A DNA stretch of 64,000 nucleotides from a virus (IMGVR_UViG_3300046779_000230:23562-87561), one strand, 5' to 3'. Counted from the first letter of the stretch, positions 18,195 through 28,284 are shown. Translations and numbers: made by a program. The notes: generated by a model not told the origin, from the letters alone.

Positions 18195-20631
18195 TTGGTT
18201 CGATTACGTTTTGAAGAGCATCTAAAAACACCTTTTCAAATTGAAGGTCATAGTCTATGTATGATTCCAGATTAAACTCTTTTGGCAATTCACTGGTGAA
18301 TGCGATAACGTCTTCTTGGAATGGATTGGGTTTTCTGACATAAACAAACTTGATCTTATCACCATCACGAATGGCTTGGTACTTGTTATCAATACCAAAA
18401 CGCTTGCAGTAGTGGTTGAACAGTAAGGCACCACGAACGTGGATTGGTGTACCCTTAGTGTAGATTGGAGAACCAGCGTACTGTTTCATACCATTAACAC
18501 CACGAGGGAATGCAATCTCCTGAACAGGCAGCTTATTGAACACTTCCCTAAAGTCATTAACATACTTATGTAGTTTCTTTTCGTCACCTTCTAGAATAAC
18601 ATTAATAGAGTCTTTTAACTTATCACGAATCACAGCTGGCGTTGAAGACTTGACCATCTCAAGACCCATAACTTTGATCTTGGGTTTTGCGTATTGAACA
18701 CCTTCAGAGTTGTGCACGTTTAGAACATAACGCTTTTTGGCAGTCCAGATACCTTTGTCGGCTAGAACTTCGCGCTTCATAACCATCTTCTGACTATATG
18801 CGTTCATGTACTTTGCCAACTCTTGATAACCGTCATCAATGAACGGCTGAAGAACTTCTTCGCAAACTTTGTCCATGAACTTAATCTTGGCATTGGTGTC
18901 TTTACCCTCACAAACCTTTTCTACTAGATTCTCTAGTGTCAAGTAGATTGAGTCAGTGTCGATCGCAACAACGTAATCTTTACCATCAGTCTTCATAGTC
19001 TTGTTCATGAATGCATTTAGCTTGTTAGCCATCCAACGAATAGACAATTGACCTGAAGTTGTAATACCTTCAGCCATACGAATATCAAAGTAACGGAAAT
19101 ACTGATTACCCATGGCACCGTAAGCAGAGTTAAGGGCAATCTTCATAGCCATCTGCAAGTTATTCAATCGCGAGATGTCTTTCAACAAGTGCTTTTTAGT
19201 CTTGTCTTTTTCATACTCTTGTTGAACACCAAGCATCTGCTTCTTGAACTTGGAACGATCCTTGTACATCTTTTCCATCAACTCAGGCATAAAACCTTTG
19301 ATGTCTTTACGATAACACCAACCGTTTGCAGTTAAAGCCAAGTCACGACGATGTGCATAGCTAGTATCAACTTCTTGGTTCAGCAGCTTTTCTACCGTGA
19401 CTGGAATCTTCTCATGAGTCAAAGTCTCTGGTGAGATATTGTACTGCATAATCAAGTGAGGGTACAGTGAGTTCAAGTCAAAGGATGCCATCCACTTATG
19501 TAAACCAATCAACGGATCTTTAACGAATGCGCCTTCGAATTGAGAGTCTTTGCCAGAATAAGTCTTGGCTGGAATAACAATACGCTTTGTTCGCAAATGG
19601 TTATAGATGATAGAATCCCACATACGAACTTGAGAGTAAACATCTTCTGGATTGATCTTGGCATTATAAGCCATAGTCAAATGCAGTTCGATCAGACGCA
19701 TCTTGTCTTCCATGCGGTCAACCAATTCAACGTCGTGGATGTTATACTCAACAAACTGTTGCCAGTGGTTGGTGTAAAACTCTCGGAATGTATCTCCTGG
19801 GTTTTCTTTCTTCTTGTCGCCTAATTCTTGCTCAGCGATGTAGTCCAGTCGATAAGACTCTTGCTTGGAGTATGTATACTTTTTATACAACTCAAGATAG
19901 TCAAGCTGACTAATACCAGTAATGTCGTAGTGGATCTCTTCGTTACCTTTGATGAATGTCTTACGCTCATTCACCATACCCCAAGGGCTAATTTTATTGG
20001 CAAAGGTGTCGCCAAGTTCACGGGCAATGCGACGAACCAAATATGGCACGTCAAAGAAGTCAGTGTTCCAACCAGTAATAATGTCTGGATAGTTTTGTTG
20101 CCACCAGATCATAAACTCTTTGAGCAAGTGTTGCTCATCGCGACAGTTGATATAAACTACATCATCGCGATTGTGAACGAATGCACCAATACCAAAAGTG
20201 ATGATGCGTTTAGAGATTAGATCTTTAACAGTAATCAACAACACTTCTTCGTTGGCTGTGCGAATGTCTGGGAATCCAGACTCAGTTTTGGTTTCAATGT
20301 CAATGGTAAATACCTTGAGCAATTCCATATCCCAGTTAACATCGCCTTCATAGGTGTCACTGATATATTGATATGCGTAGTTGGTATTACCAAACACTGA
20401 AAAGCCTTGGACGCCATCATAACGCTTGACAAAATCTCGCGTTTCTCTGATCGATCCAGGCTTTACTTCATCCACGTAGATACCTTCAAGAGTTTTCCAA
20501 TTAGATTGACTCTTGGAAGTCACATAGAGTGTTGGGTAAAAGTCTACTTTACGATTGTATGCTCTACCTTTATCATAGCCTCGAACGAAAATCTTATCGC
20601 CGATGGCATATACTGATGTGTAAAATTCCAT
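18145..20631 (-). CDS. 43: Family B DNA polymerase (T4 gp43-like)
   Basis: Exo I motif FTIDIETK, motif A DLNSLYPHLI, motif B KIALNSAYG and motif C AIDTDSIY are all present. Length 828 aa. Confidence 0.95.
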   Translation of the reverse strand: MEFYTSVYAIGDKIFVRGYDKGRAYNRKVDFYPTLYVTSKSQSNWKTLEGIYVDEVKPGSIRETRDFVKRYDGVQGFSVFGNTNYAYQYISDTYEGDVNWDMELLKVFTIDIETKTESGFPDIRTANEEVLLITVKDLISKRIITFGIGAFVHNRDDVVYINCRDEQHLLKEFMIWWQQNYPDIITGWNTDFFDVPYLVRRIARELGDTFANKISPWGMVNERKTFIKGNEEIHYDITGISQLDYLELYKKYTYSKQESYRLDYIAEQELGDKKKENPGDTFREFYTNHWQQFVEYNIHDVELVDRMEDKMRLIELHLTMAYNAKINPEDVYSQVRMWDSIIYNHLRTKRIVIPAKTYSGKDSQFEGAFVKDPLIGLHKWMASFDLNSLYPHLIMQYNISPETLTHEKIPVTVEKLLNQEVDTSYAHRRDLALTANGWCYRKDIKGFMPELMEKMYKDRSKFKKQMLGVQQEYEKDKTKKHLLKDISRLNNLQMAMKIALNSAYGAMGNQYFRYFDIRMAEGITTSGQLSIRWMANKLNAFMNKTMKTDGKDYVVAIDTDSIYLTLENLVEKVCEGKDTNAKIKFMDKVCEEVLQPFIDDGYQELAKYMNAYSQKMVMKREVLADKGIWTAKKRYVLNVHNSEGVQYAKPKIKVMGLEMVKSSTPAVIRDKLKDSINVILEGDEKKLHKYVNDFREVFNKLPVQEIAFPRGVNGMKQYAGSPIYTKGTPIHVRGALLFNHYCKRFGIDNKYQAIRDGDKIKFVYVRKPNPFQEDVIAFTSELPKEFNLESYIDYDLQFEKVFLDALQNVIEPIGWKTQEESSLEDFFG

Positions 20632-21092
20632 TAGTTAGTTTTCTCTGCTAAATCTTTATAACCTGCCCAGCTTGGATGAATTCCATCAGGTTGTATTCTG
20701 TTAATTGGTAACACAGTGTCACCGAAATTCTTGGCAATAATTTGAACCCAATCTTGTACGATCTTGATATCTACATTGCTGGCTTTTAAATTACCTGCTG
20801 GTAAAATCCAGAACACACGCTTGCCTTCTGCACGTTGCCGAATAGTTAGTAGTTCTTTAAATGTATGAACACCGCTGTGATCATTCGACCCAAGGCTGAT
20901 AATAACTGTCTCAGCTGGCTGCATTTTGTGGGCGTAGTTTTTATTAAACTGCCAAGTGTTAATACCACCCTTGCCAACTAGAACACAATCTGGGCGTTGC
21001 TGATGTATACCAACAGCAATACTATCACCAACAATTAGACAATCAATCATACTTGCTTTCCATATAACAACATCATAACATCCAGAGCACAA
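20631..21092 (-). CDS. SGNH/GDSL-family hydrolase
   Basis: LIVGDSIAVG (GDS block I), GSNDHSG (block III) and DGIHP (block V, catalytic His). Confidence 0.55.
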   Translation of the reverse strand: MCSGCYDVVIWKASMIDCLIVGDSIAVGIHQQRPDCVLVGKGGINTWQFNKNYAHKMQPAETVIISLGSNDHSGVHTFKELLTIRQRAEGKRVFWILPAGNLKASNVDIKIVQDWVQIIAKNFGDTVLPINRIQPDGIHPSWAGYKDLAEKTN

Positions 21093-21619
21093 TCGTGTAC
21101 TGGGTGATGTTTGATAACATTATGTCGCGCGAATTCAGGATGCTCTACGCTACAATAACCATTAGTAGAACCGTACATGATATCCACTGCAGTTCTAATA
21201 TCTCGCCACTGAGCATAACCAGTTATCTCTTGCATACCACATTTGGTTGAAAGAGAATCAATGGCAAGTTGATCCAATGAACCGCGAGCCCACATAGTTT
21301 GTTTGTGGGCATTCGGGAACTTGTTCATATAGTTATGTAGTTCAGTGATAGCTTCTTCTGCAGTTAGATCAAAGGCACTTGGATCCAAAGAAACTTTTCT
21401 AACATACTCATGTTGATTTTGCCACCACTCTAGAGTTGATAGAGTTACAGTTCTACCCAAACGCTGTACTTGATCCTTAGATTTTAGCTTAACGAAACAC
21501 GCTCCGTCAAGTAATTGTTGATAAGTTGGTTGTTGCTCTGGGTCAAAATGAATCAATGCTGCCGATAAAACGACAGCATTAGATTCGACACCCAGCGTTT
21601 CTACGTCGAAGATAAACAT
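21047..21619 (-). CDS. DnaQ-like 3'-5' exonuclease (DEDD family, DexA-like)
   Basis: MFIFDVETLG is the Exo I DxE motif. Length 190 aa. Confidence 0.55.
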   Translation of the reverse strand: MFIFDVETLGVESNAVVLSAALIHFDPEQQPTYQQLLDGACFVKLKSKDQVQRLGRTVTLSTLEWWQNQHEYVRKVSLDPSAFDLTAEEAITELHNYMNKFPNAHKQTMWARGSLDQLAIDSLSTKCGMQEITGYAQWRDIRTAVDIMYGSTNGYCSVEHPEFARHNVIKHHPVHDCALDVMMLLYGKQV

Positions 21620-22011
21620 TAACTATTCTTTCTGTTTTGGTATTCTTGTTCGTGTTCATCACACAAAGTTCTAATCCATCCACCACTACGACGCGAACCA
21701 AGGTGTCCACATGTTTCGCATGTTCGCGCAGCCCAAGATTCTGCCATTGAAACTAATCCATCGATGTAATCGTCTCCGCCTTGGTAATAAAAACGAAGTC
21801 CACCAAACTTTTCTTTGATCTGTTCAACAACAACTTGTGTGACAGAACCTTCTTTAGTTTTATTGCGCCAATCAATGTGTGTTTGAATATGTGAACACAG
21901 CACTTGAATAATAGGCAACCATCCATCACCAACAGCAACGCCACCGTATTGCCCAGCAAACATCTTAGGATAAGTTTCCTCTAGATGTTTCTGGAATTCT
22001 TCATTTGTCAT
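21619..22011 (-). CDS. Hypothetical protein with a Cys4-like cluster
   Basis: CETCGHLGS...LCDEHE. Confidence 0.4.
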   Translation of the reverse strand: MTNEEFQKHLEETYPKMFAGQYGGVAVGDGWLPIIQVLCSHIQTHIDWRNKTKEGSVTQVVVEQIKEKFGGLRFYYQGGDDYIDGLVSMAESWAARTCETCGHLGSRRSGGWIRTLCDEHEQEYQNRKNS

Positions 22012-23291
22012 TTAATATCTCCACTGGCATCAGCCACTTCTTTATCATCACGAATCTCTAGAACGATAGGCAAGAAAAGAGATTCTTCACCAGCCTTGTT
22101 TTTGATACGCATGTTATACTTGATAGCAGCAATTTTACCGATAATTTCTGCACCTTGTTTACGTTGGTCATCGTTAAAACCAGAGCCAACAGAAACCTTA
22201 ATCACACCATCAGAAGACTCGCATTTGATAGCACCAAGCAGACCAGCATACTTGCCAGTGCCTTCTTCGATGCCAACAATCTTTAGATCGCACTCTAGTT
22301 CACCCTTGAATTTAATCTGAGTTTTTGAACGCTTGTCTTCCCAGATACCATTCATGTCTTTGAGGATGATACCTTCTTCACCACGCTGCAGCATTTCTTC
22401 GAACAGAGCCTTTGCAGTTTCGTAGTTATCCACTTCCCAACTCTTGACCAAAGAAACTTTCTTAGGCATTTTAATAGCTTGTAGAGTTTCGAAACGATCC
22501 TTGTACTTGCTAGTGCCTTTACCGACAATAAAGTCTTCATATGGAATCACATCCCAGATGGTAGCTTGGACTTTACTAGCTTCATCAGCTTTAATCGTAC
22601 CTTTGTTGGCTTTGTTTAGAATACCATTACCAGTTTGGCGATCAAGAATAACACCATTATCGCGCACAAGTAATTCGCCGTCAAACACAACATTCTCATT
22701 ATCGGCTAGGGCGATAAACTCTTTTTCTAAATTACCAAGCAGTTGAATCTCTTTACCATTACGACTACGGAATTCGCACTTACCATCCTTTACGATGGCG
22801 TTGAATCGCATCCCGTCCATTTTGAGTTGGACGTAAGCTGGGAACTTTACCTTGTCCACCAACTTTTGCTCGAACTGGCTGCACAACATTACTGGATATT
22901 CTAGCACCAAACCAGTCCACACTGCGTTTGCGGTTGATACTTGTACCCCACATTTTAAATCCTTTTGAATAATACGCTCAATAACCTTTGCGTCATCGGC
23001 TGACACAACTTCTAGAATAGCAGTTAGACGATCGATGGCTGCATTGCCAGTAACAACGCGACCAGACAAGTCACCAAGTGAAGGCAACATCGACTGCAGC
23101 GATGCAGCATGTGCTGTGGTGTTGGGGGTGTACTTTGGAATCTTACGCTGATAGAATTGAGTGAATGGGTCTAGAGCCAGACGAACCACTTCACGAAGAA
23201 CTGCATTGTCTTTATTAAGATTCAGCTGCTCGATTTTAAAATTACGAGAAGAGTTGGCAGCAAGTTCATCAAAAAAGACATTCAGATTCAT
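22008..23291 (-). CDS. ATP-dependent DNA ligase
   Basis: VQLKMDGMRFNAIV is motif I KxDGxR. Length 427 aa. Confidence 0.8.
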   Translation of the reverse strand: MNLNVFFDELAANSSRNFKIEQLNLNKDNAVLREVVRLALDPFTQFYQRKIPKYTPNTTAHAASLQSMLPSLGDLSGRVVTGNAAIDRLTAILEVVSADDAKVIERIIQKDLKCGVQVSTANAVWTGLVLEYPVMLCSQFEQKLVDKVKFPAYVQLKMDGMRFNAIVKDGKCEFRSRNGKEIQLLGNLEKEFIALADNENVVFDGELLVRDNGVILDRQTGNGILNKANKGTIKADEASKVQATIWDVIPYEDFIVGKGTSKYKDRFETLQAIKMPKKVSLVKSWEVDNYETAKALFEEMLQRGEEGIILKDMNGIWEDKRSKTQIKFKGELECDLKIVGIEEGTGKYAGLLGAIKCESSDGVIKVSVGSGFNDDQRKQGAEIIGKIAAIKYNMRIKNKAGEESLFLPIVLEIRDDKEVADASGDIK

Positions 23292-23470
23292 TTCAATTCC
23301 TTAAATTTACGGTAACGTGTGTCAAAGCCGATTGGTTTCTTAAACTTAGTTACCTTCTTTGTGTTGACATTATAGAATGCCACCATCTTGCTTTTGTCGT
23401 CAGTTAGGTAGTAGATGTGATTGGTCACATTACCAACCCAGTCACTGGTGACTTCTTGGAAGGCTTTCAT
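23288..23470 (-). CDS. Hypothetical small protein
   Basis: Intact ORF in the gene array. Confidence 0.35.
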   Translation of the reverse strand: MKAFQEVTSDWVGNVTNHIYYLTDDKSKMVAFYNVNTKKVTKFKKPIGFDTRYRKFKELK

Positions 23471-23706
23471 AGCGAGCGTGAAGGATAGCCAACAGCAAAG
23501 CCACTGGTGCCAATTTGGAAACTGCGAGAGGCTTTAGAACTCATTTTCTGAGTGGTGCGACGACGAGACTTTTTGGCTTTGACCACTTCAATCTGACCAC
23601 CACGAGCAAGGAATTGCTGTACAGCTTCAGATGTTTCTTCACGAACTTGTGATTTGGTTTTGTAGATAGTTGCTTGCATGATATAGTCCTCTTTCAAATT
23701 AAACAA
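23467..23706 (-). CDS. Hypothetical small basic protein
   Basis: Intact ORF. Confidence 0.35.
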   Translation of the reverse strand: MFNLKEDYIMQATIYKTKSQVREETSEAVQQFLARGGQIEVVKAKKSRRRTTQKMSSKASRSFQIGTSGFAVGYPSRSL

Positions 23707-24016
23707 AATCGTAATAAGTCTCAGAACACATGGTACCCATCATGATACCTGCAGTCACTTCGGTATAGATTGCATTGAAAACTTTGACGGCAGTCTTTGA
23801 GTCACGTGTATTCAGGAACAGCGTACCATTCGTGAATGTAGCTGGAACATTGGTAACTGATTCAACCACTGCCAAAACTTTGTTTTCGAATTCCATCTTA
23901 GTACCTTTCTCAATCACAATAGAGTTATTATACAGCAGGTGACCATAAAAGACAACAAAAAGTTGCAATGACCCCACAGGTTTGAGGGGCTTGTAAGTTG
24001 TTGATTTATAAAGCAA
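23699..24016 (-). CDS. Hypothetical protein
   Basis: Intact ORF. Confidence 0.4.
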   Translation of the reverse strand: MLYKSTTYKPLKPVGSLQLFVVFYGHLLYNNSIVIEKGTKMEFENKVLAVVESVTNVPATFTNGTLFLNTRDSKTAVKVFNAIYTEVTAGIMMGTMCSETYYDFV

Positions 24017-24035
24017 AAACCCTCCTATCGGAGGG
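24011..24035 (-). terminator. Rho-independent terminator on the minus transcript
   Basis: Stem ccctcc/ggaggg at 24020..24025 and 24030..24035 with loop tatc, followed on the minus strand by TTTTTGCTT. Confidence 0.6.
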
Positions 24036-24057
24036 TCTAAAAAGTAATACCTAAGTG

Positions 24058-24357
24058 TTACATTTTTGGCATCGCGCCAGCAGGGACGATCTGAATACCA
24101 GAACCGAATACACGGTTATATTCATTTACCATCTTTTGATCAGGTTGAGCTTCTGACGCAATAGCTGATTTATACAAATTAACATTACCATCAGCATAAG
24201 GCATATATGGAGCGATACCAACGCCCATTTGTCCAGAAGATGTTTGTTGAATTATAATATTCGCTGGGTTTTTTAATTCAAGATGTTTATCATAATGGTT
24301 AAACACTTCAGAAATTAGTTCTTCACCATTAATCAATTTAAATACTTTAACATTCAT
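24058..24357 (-). CDS. Hypothetical protein
   Basis: Intact ORF. Confidence 0.4.
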   Translation of the reverse strand: MNVKVFKLINGEELISEVFNHYDKHLELKNPANIIIQQTSSGQMGVGIAPYMPYADGNVNLYKSAIASEAQPDQKMVNEYNRVFGSGIQIVPAGAMPKM

Positions 24358-24359
24358 AA

Positions 24360-24563
24360 TTATTCCTCTATAACAAGATTTTCAATAAAATCGACAGCTT
24401 GGTGTTGATCAAAGAAAAATCTAAGATGTATTTTCTCCATATCAAAACCATGCATAGCCATAACTAATATCTGTTTGTTTTTATAAACAGATACTTTTAA
24501 AACCCAGTTACCTCTTCGCACAGTAACAAAGGAAATTAAATTGGGGGATAGTTTTGCTCTCAT
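24360..24563 (-). CDS. Hypothetical small protein
   Basis: Intact ORF. Confidence 0.35.
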   Translation of the reverse strand: MRAKLSPNLISFVTVRRGNWVLKVSVYKNKQILVMAMHGFDMEKIHLRFFFDQHQAVDFIENLVIEE

Positions 24564-24572
24564 ACCTAGTAT

Positions 24573-25130
24573 TTAGGTATGACGTCTCCAGTAAAAATCA
24601 AATACTCTAAAATTGTTTTTAAAGTACATATCATATAAAGCCACTCGATCCATATAAACATCTTTTGCTATTGTGGATGGAGTTGCTGGCTCAATATTAA
24701 CTCTGGCATCTGACTCACCATATTCACTGACAACTACCATAGAGTTTTTCTTGGCAATGTGACGCATGGCTTGATTCTCAGTTAGGCAATGCATAAACAC
24801 ATGAGTGATACCACGTGTTCTCAACCATGTTACTGCACGTTCAAACATGTGTTGAGCCAAGCCTTGTCCTCTATAATCCTTATCAACAGAACATCCTAAT
24901 TCAGCTTCGTTATTAACGACAGCAACGTGGCAAGCAGCCACAAGATGTCCGTCTATATGATCTATACCAAACCACTTTGAGTCAGTCTTGAAAGAGTTTT
25001 CAATATATGATTTGATGTAATCGTCGGAGACTCCACCACCGAATCTAAGTCGACGGTCTTCTCCTTGTAAACTGGTCAAGTGAACAACCAGCTTTGTCTT
25101 ATCTAACAGCGATAATTTTCTTGGTACCAT
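24573..25130 (-). CDS. GNAT-family N-acetyltransferase
   Basis: RGQGLAQHMFERAV is motif A (R/QxxGxG/A). Confidence 0.6.
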   Translation of the reverse strand: MVPRKLSLLDKTKLVVHLTSLQGEDRRLRFGGGVSDDYIKSYIENSFKTDSKWFGIDHIDGHLVAACHVAVVNNEAELGCSVDKDYRGQGLAQHMFERAVTWLRTRGITHVFMHCLTENQAMRHIAKKNSMVVVSEYGESDARVNIEPATPSTIAKDVYMDRVALYDMYFKNNFRVFDFYWRRHT

Positions 25131-25135
25131 GATTA

Positions 25136-25158
25136 AAAAGGGGCATAAGCCCCTTTAA
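25136..25158 (-). terminator. Rho-independent terminator after the Hsp20 gene
   Basis: The minus strand reads GGGGCttatGCCC then TTTTT. Confidence 0.55.
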
Positions 25159-25635
25159 TTACTCTTGTAAAAGAGACTTGTCGCCTTTAGCCTTTACTGG
25201 CACTTTCTTTGGCTTAGATGCTTCTGGAATAAGACGCTCAAGAGCGATCTTAAGCATGCCATTGAAAAGTTCAGCGTCCTTGACTTCAACTTGATCGTTT
25301 AGCGCAAAAGTGCGAGTGAATGCACGTGCTGCGATACCCTTGAATAAAAAGTCTTCAGATTCGTCTGCTTTGACATTACCCTTAACAACTAGCTTACCAC
25401 CGTCAATCTCGATGTCAATCTCGTTCTGACCAAAGCCAGCAACTGCCATCTCAATGACGTAATGAGTGTCATCAACCTTACGGATGTTGTATGGAGGATA
25501 GTTTGGGATATTCTTAGTAACGTCGTCGTGCAGTTTTTGCATTTTCGAGAATTGCTCATCGAAACCGACGAAGAACTTGTCAAAGTCCTTGAACACGTCT
25601 TGACTAAAGAATGATGGAATGAATGATTTGCTCAT
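25159..25635 (-). CDS. Small heat-shock protein, Hsp20/alpha-crystallin (IbpA-like)
   Basis: PYNIRKVDDTHYVIEMAVAGFGQNEIDIEIDGGKLVVKG parallels IbpA [28 protein letters not shown]...LLVVKG. Confidence 0.8.
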   Translation of the reverse strand: MSKSFIPSFFSQDVFKDFDKFFVGFDEQFSKMQKLHDDVTKNIPNYPPYNIRKVDDTHYVIEMAVAGFGQNEIDIEIDGGKLVVKGNVKADESEDFLFKGIAARAFTRTFALNDQVEVKDAELFNGMLKIALERLIPEASKPKKVPVKAKGDKSLLQE

Positions 25636-25845
25636 ATGTTTCTCCTATTAAGCGAGGTTATAAAAATTACCACCCGAAGCATGGTAGTGCTGGTTACTTT
25701 ATCCAGCGGCAATTAACGAATGCCAGTGAAATCTCTCGGACGCCATTGACCGTAGCATCAACGTTCCCAAGGTAGTGGGACAAAATAGTATGCGTTTTAA
25801 CTTATGGCGTAGGGCGCATCCCCTGCCACTTCCCATCCCTGAGAA

Positions 25846-26013
25846 TTATTCTGTTTGTGCAGCAGCTGCTTGTTCAGCACGCAACTGATCGATCTGTGCA
25901 TCACCTTGTTGCTTGATCTTCAAGATAAGAGCAACAACTTCATCAAATGGGTGCTTGCCCAATACGCGAAGAATAGTATTTACGTCAGATGGATTCAATT
26001 CAAGTTTAATCAT
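25846..26013 (-). CDS. Small ORF (55 aa) coupled to the regA stop by an ATGA overlap
   Basis: Manual translation gives MIKLELNPSDVNTILRVLGKHPFDEVVALILKIKQQGDAQIDQLRAEQAAAAQTE*. It is below the ORF-track size cutoff. Confidence 0.4.
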   Translation of the reverse strand: MIKLELNPSDVNTILRVLGKHPFDEVVALILKIKQQGDAQIDQLRAEQAAAAQTE

Positions 26014-26429
26014 TTTGTTTTCTTTCCTATGTTATATTTAGCTACCAATTCCCATTGATCCTTTTCTTTGTAAGAAACGACCTTAATTTGAGACAAAGAT
26101 GCTTTTTGTTCAGACTTCTTAGTATCTAGGATCTTCAATAAATCCCAATCTTGAAGCAATGAAGCAATAGCATTTCTACGCTCTACATCACCTTGGGTAA
26201 TGTTCGATTCTTTACCGTCCAATGCAAATAGTTCTTTGAAGTGTACGATAAAGTATCTGCCTTGCTTGTGTAAGATATGGCAAGACTGATATAATTTATT
26301 CTCTTTTCTGGAAGCGATACCAATTCTGGTAAGAGTTTCGCGGACTTTTAGGAAGTTGTCTGGTTCTGGCAGACTCACCTCAAGCATGGACTCAGGAGTC
26401 CAATCGTAGTAAACCATCTCGATAGTCAT
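26010..26429 (-). CDS. regA: Translational repressor RegA
   Basis: DNFLKVRETLTRIGIASRKENKLYQSCHILHKQGRYFIVHFKEL parallels T4 RegA EDFLKVKETLTRMGIANNKDKVLYQSCHILQKKGLYYIVHFKEM. The true start is probably the internal MLEVSL, giving 26010..26387. Confidence 0.85.
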   Translation of the reverse strand: MTIEMVYYDWTPESMLEVSLPEPDNFLKVRETLTRIGIASRKENKLYQSCHILHKQGRYFIVHFKELFALDGKESNITQGDVERRNAIASLLQDWDLLKILDTKKSEQKASLSQIKVVSYKEKDQWELVAKYNIGKKTK

Positions 26430-26806
26430 TATTTTCCACCTTTATATAATTTTTCTTTTATCATAGTAAGTTGTTCATCTGAAAGGACAGTTAGTGCCTC
26501 TTTCGCCTTTTCGTCAGAGTACTTAAAGTACTCTTTAACTAAGAGCATGGATTCTGAGCTGGCATCTTTTTTAGCCCACTTACTAAATCGCTTGCGCTTA
26601 GGTATAGTATTTAGGAAAAAGAAAAACTGCCAGTCCTTATCGATGAAGCTGAGACGGTTCATCTCATTAGCATACATGACGGTGTCTGGAAAATATGATA
26701 ATCCTCGGTTTACAATATAAGGTAAGTAGTCCTTTGAAGCTGTTGGGTCTTCGAATAAATTTCTTTTGTTATCACAAATCGCATTAATAAAGTCAAAAGG
26801 TGTCAT
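26429..26806 (-). CDS. 62: Clamp-loader small subunit, gp62-like
   Basis: Positioned between gp44 and regA as in T4. The PKRKRFSKWAKK block resembles T4 gp62 as recalled from memory. Confidence 0.5.
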   Translation of the reverse strand: MTPFDFINAICDNKRNLFEDPTASKDYLPYIVNRGLSYFPDTVMYANEMNRLSFIDKDWQFFFFLNTIPKRKRFSKWAKKDASSESMLLVKEYFKYSDEKAKEALTVLSDEQLTMIKEKLYKGGK

Positions 26807-26976
26807 TCGTTAAGTACCCAATTCTCTGCTGCGTCTTCAGCTTTGTCTAGACTGTGATATGTTTCGTACAATTCTTCACCAGAAACAGTGTCAGTGAATA
26901 CTACTTGGTAGTCACCAGTGATGATTGACTCAACTGTTGCTATTCTTGTTCCTTGTTGATATGTGCTAATTTCCAT
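26803..26976 (-). CDS. Small acidic ORF (57 aa), coupled at both ends
   Basis: Manual translation gives MEISTYQQGTRIATVESIITGDYQVVFTDTVSGEELYETYHSLDKAEDAAENWVLNE*. Its stop overlaps the gp62 ATG. Confidence 0.4.
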   Translation of the reverse strand: MEISTYQQGTRIATVESIITGDYQVVFTDTVSGEELYETYHSLDKAEDAAENWVLNE

Positions 26977-27300
26977 TTAAATAAATCCTACTTCTTTTAG
27001 GTTTTCTGATGTTGCATTGAACTTCTTGTTAGGGAATCTCTTTGCAAGTTCTTTTTCTAACTCGTCACGAGTCATGCCTTGACCCATAAACTCATCACTT
27101 TCAGAATTAAATACATACAGGGCTTCGCCATGTTTTTCGATCTTAATCGGAATGGTGTTTTCTTTGATAGTATTTACCATGTCTGTTTCAAGGTCATCTA
27201 GCATAGATGACACAATTTTCTTGGCATAACGCTCACGTTGTACCCATCCAAAAACAAAACCCAAAACAAACGCGATAACAAAAGCAATAACGAGTTCCAT
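26977..27300 (-). CDS. Small membrane protein
   Basis: N-terminal transmembrane helix MELVIAFVIAFVLGFVFGWV. Confidence 0.45.
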   Translation of the reverse strand: MELVIAFVIAFVLGFVFGWVQRERYAKKIVSSMLDDLETDMVNTIKENTIPIKIEKHGEALYVFNSESDEFMGQGMTRDELEKELAKRFPNKKFNATSENLKEVGFI

Positions 27301-27309
27301 ATATGTATC

Positions 27310-28284
27310 TCACTTAAATTTACAGTTAGCCATGATCTCAGTAAGAGCAGCCATGATATTCAATTCTTGATCAGCCACGAAAGCTGCCTTGTATTGATAG
27401 TCAGCCAAGATAAGAACCATCTGTGGAATGCTAGGTGGTTCCATGTAAGTAGTAGATGTATCATAAAACTGACGGAAAAGACCAGTAATATCAGCATCTG
27501 AATTCTTTGCAACCCAAGAGCGAACTTCAGTAAAGTTCTTTTCTTTCAAGAATCCAATCAGAGTCTTGTAAGATTCTTCTGACATATTGATAAGAATACC
27601 AGAATCAATCTTACCAGCCACAGAGTATTTCTGTAGTTCATTCAAGATTCGGCGATAGTCAGGAAAGTGTTTGGTAGTTAGCTCAGCAACAGACTTTGGA
27701 TCAAACTCAATACCTTCTTGCTTCAAGATTTTAGTTGCACGTTTAAAGAAAGTAGCAGCAATCTCTTGCTTGTCTTTGTTCTCAATCTTAAAATCTACGT
27801 TGGCACATCGTGAACGCAGTGGCTCAATGATTTTATTCTTGAAGTTACATGTAAAGATAAAGCGACAGTTAGCAGAGAATTCTTCCATGAAAGAACGCAG
27901 TGCTGGTTGAACAGAATCTGATGTCATGTAATCAGCTTCGTCGATAATAACAACCTTCTTGGCATCAGTCAAAGAAACAGTCGAAGCAAATGCCGTGATT
28001 GTAGTTCTAAGAGTATCAATCTTACGACCCTCGTCAGAACCGTTGATCATCAGATACTCTGCACCAATTTCATTACACAAGGCTTTAGCCACAGTTGTCT
28101 TACCAACACCAGCTGTTCCAGAAAACAAAAAGTGTGGTAGTTCACCTTGAGCAATATATTCCCTGAATGTCTTTTTCAGAGACTCTGGCAGAACACAATC
28201 ATCAATTTTCTGTGGGCGATACTTTTCAACCCACAGAAATTGTTCTTCACGGCTATCAATCATTATAAAAACTCCATTATTCAA
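27310..28284 (-). CDS. 44: Clamp-loader large subunit gp44 (AAA+, RFC-like)
   Basis: WVEKYRPQKIDDCVLP and GTAGVGKTTVAKALC parallel T4 gp44 LEQKYRPSTIDECILP and GTGKTTVAKALC. Confidence 0.9.
   Translation of the reverse strand: MNNGVFIMIDSREEQFLWVEKYRPQKIDDCVLPESLKKTFREYIAQGELPHFLFSGTAGVGKTTVAKALCNEIGAEYLMINGSDEGRKIDTLRTTITAFASTVSLTDAKKVVIIDEADYMTSDSVQPALRSFMEEFSANCRFIFTCNFKNKIIEPLRSRCANVDFKIENKDKQEIAATFFKRATKILKQEGIEFDPKSVAELTTKHFPDYRRILNELQKYSVAGKIDSGILINMSEESYKTLIGFLKEKNFTEVRSWVAKNSDADITGLFRQFYDTSTTYMEPPSIPQMVLILADYQYKAAFVADQELNIMAALTEIMANCKFK

Noticed and set aside
25636-25845. tRNA or tmRNA in the 210-nt non-coding gap
   Set aside because: There is no GTTCGAnTC T-loop and no 7-bp acceptor-stem pairing on either strand, so no cloverleaf can be drawn.
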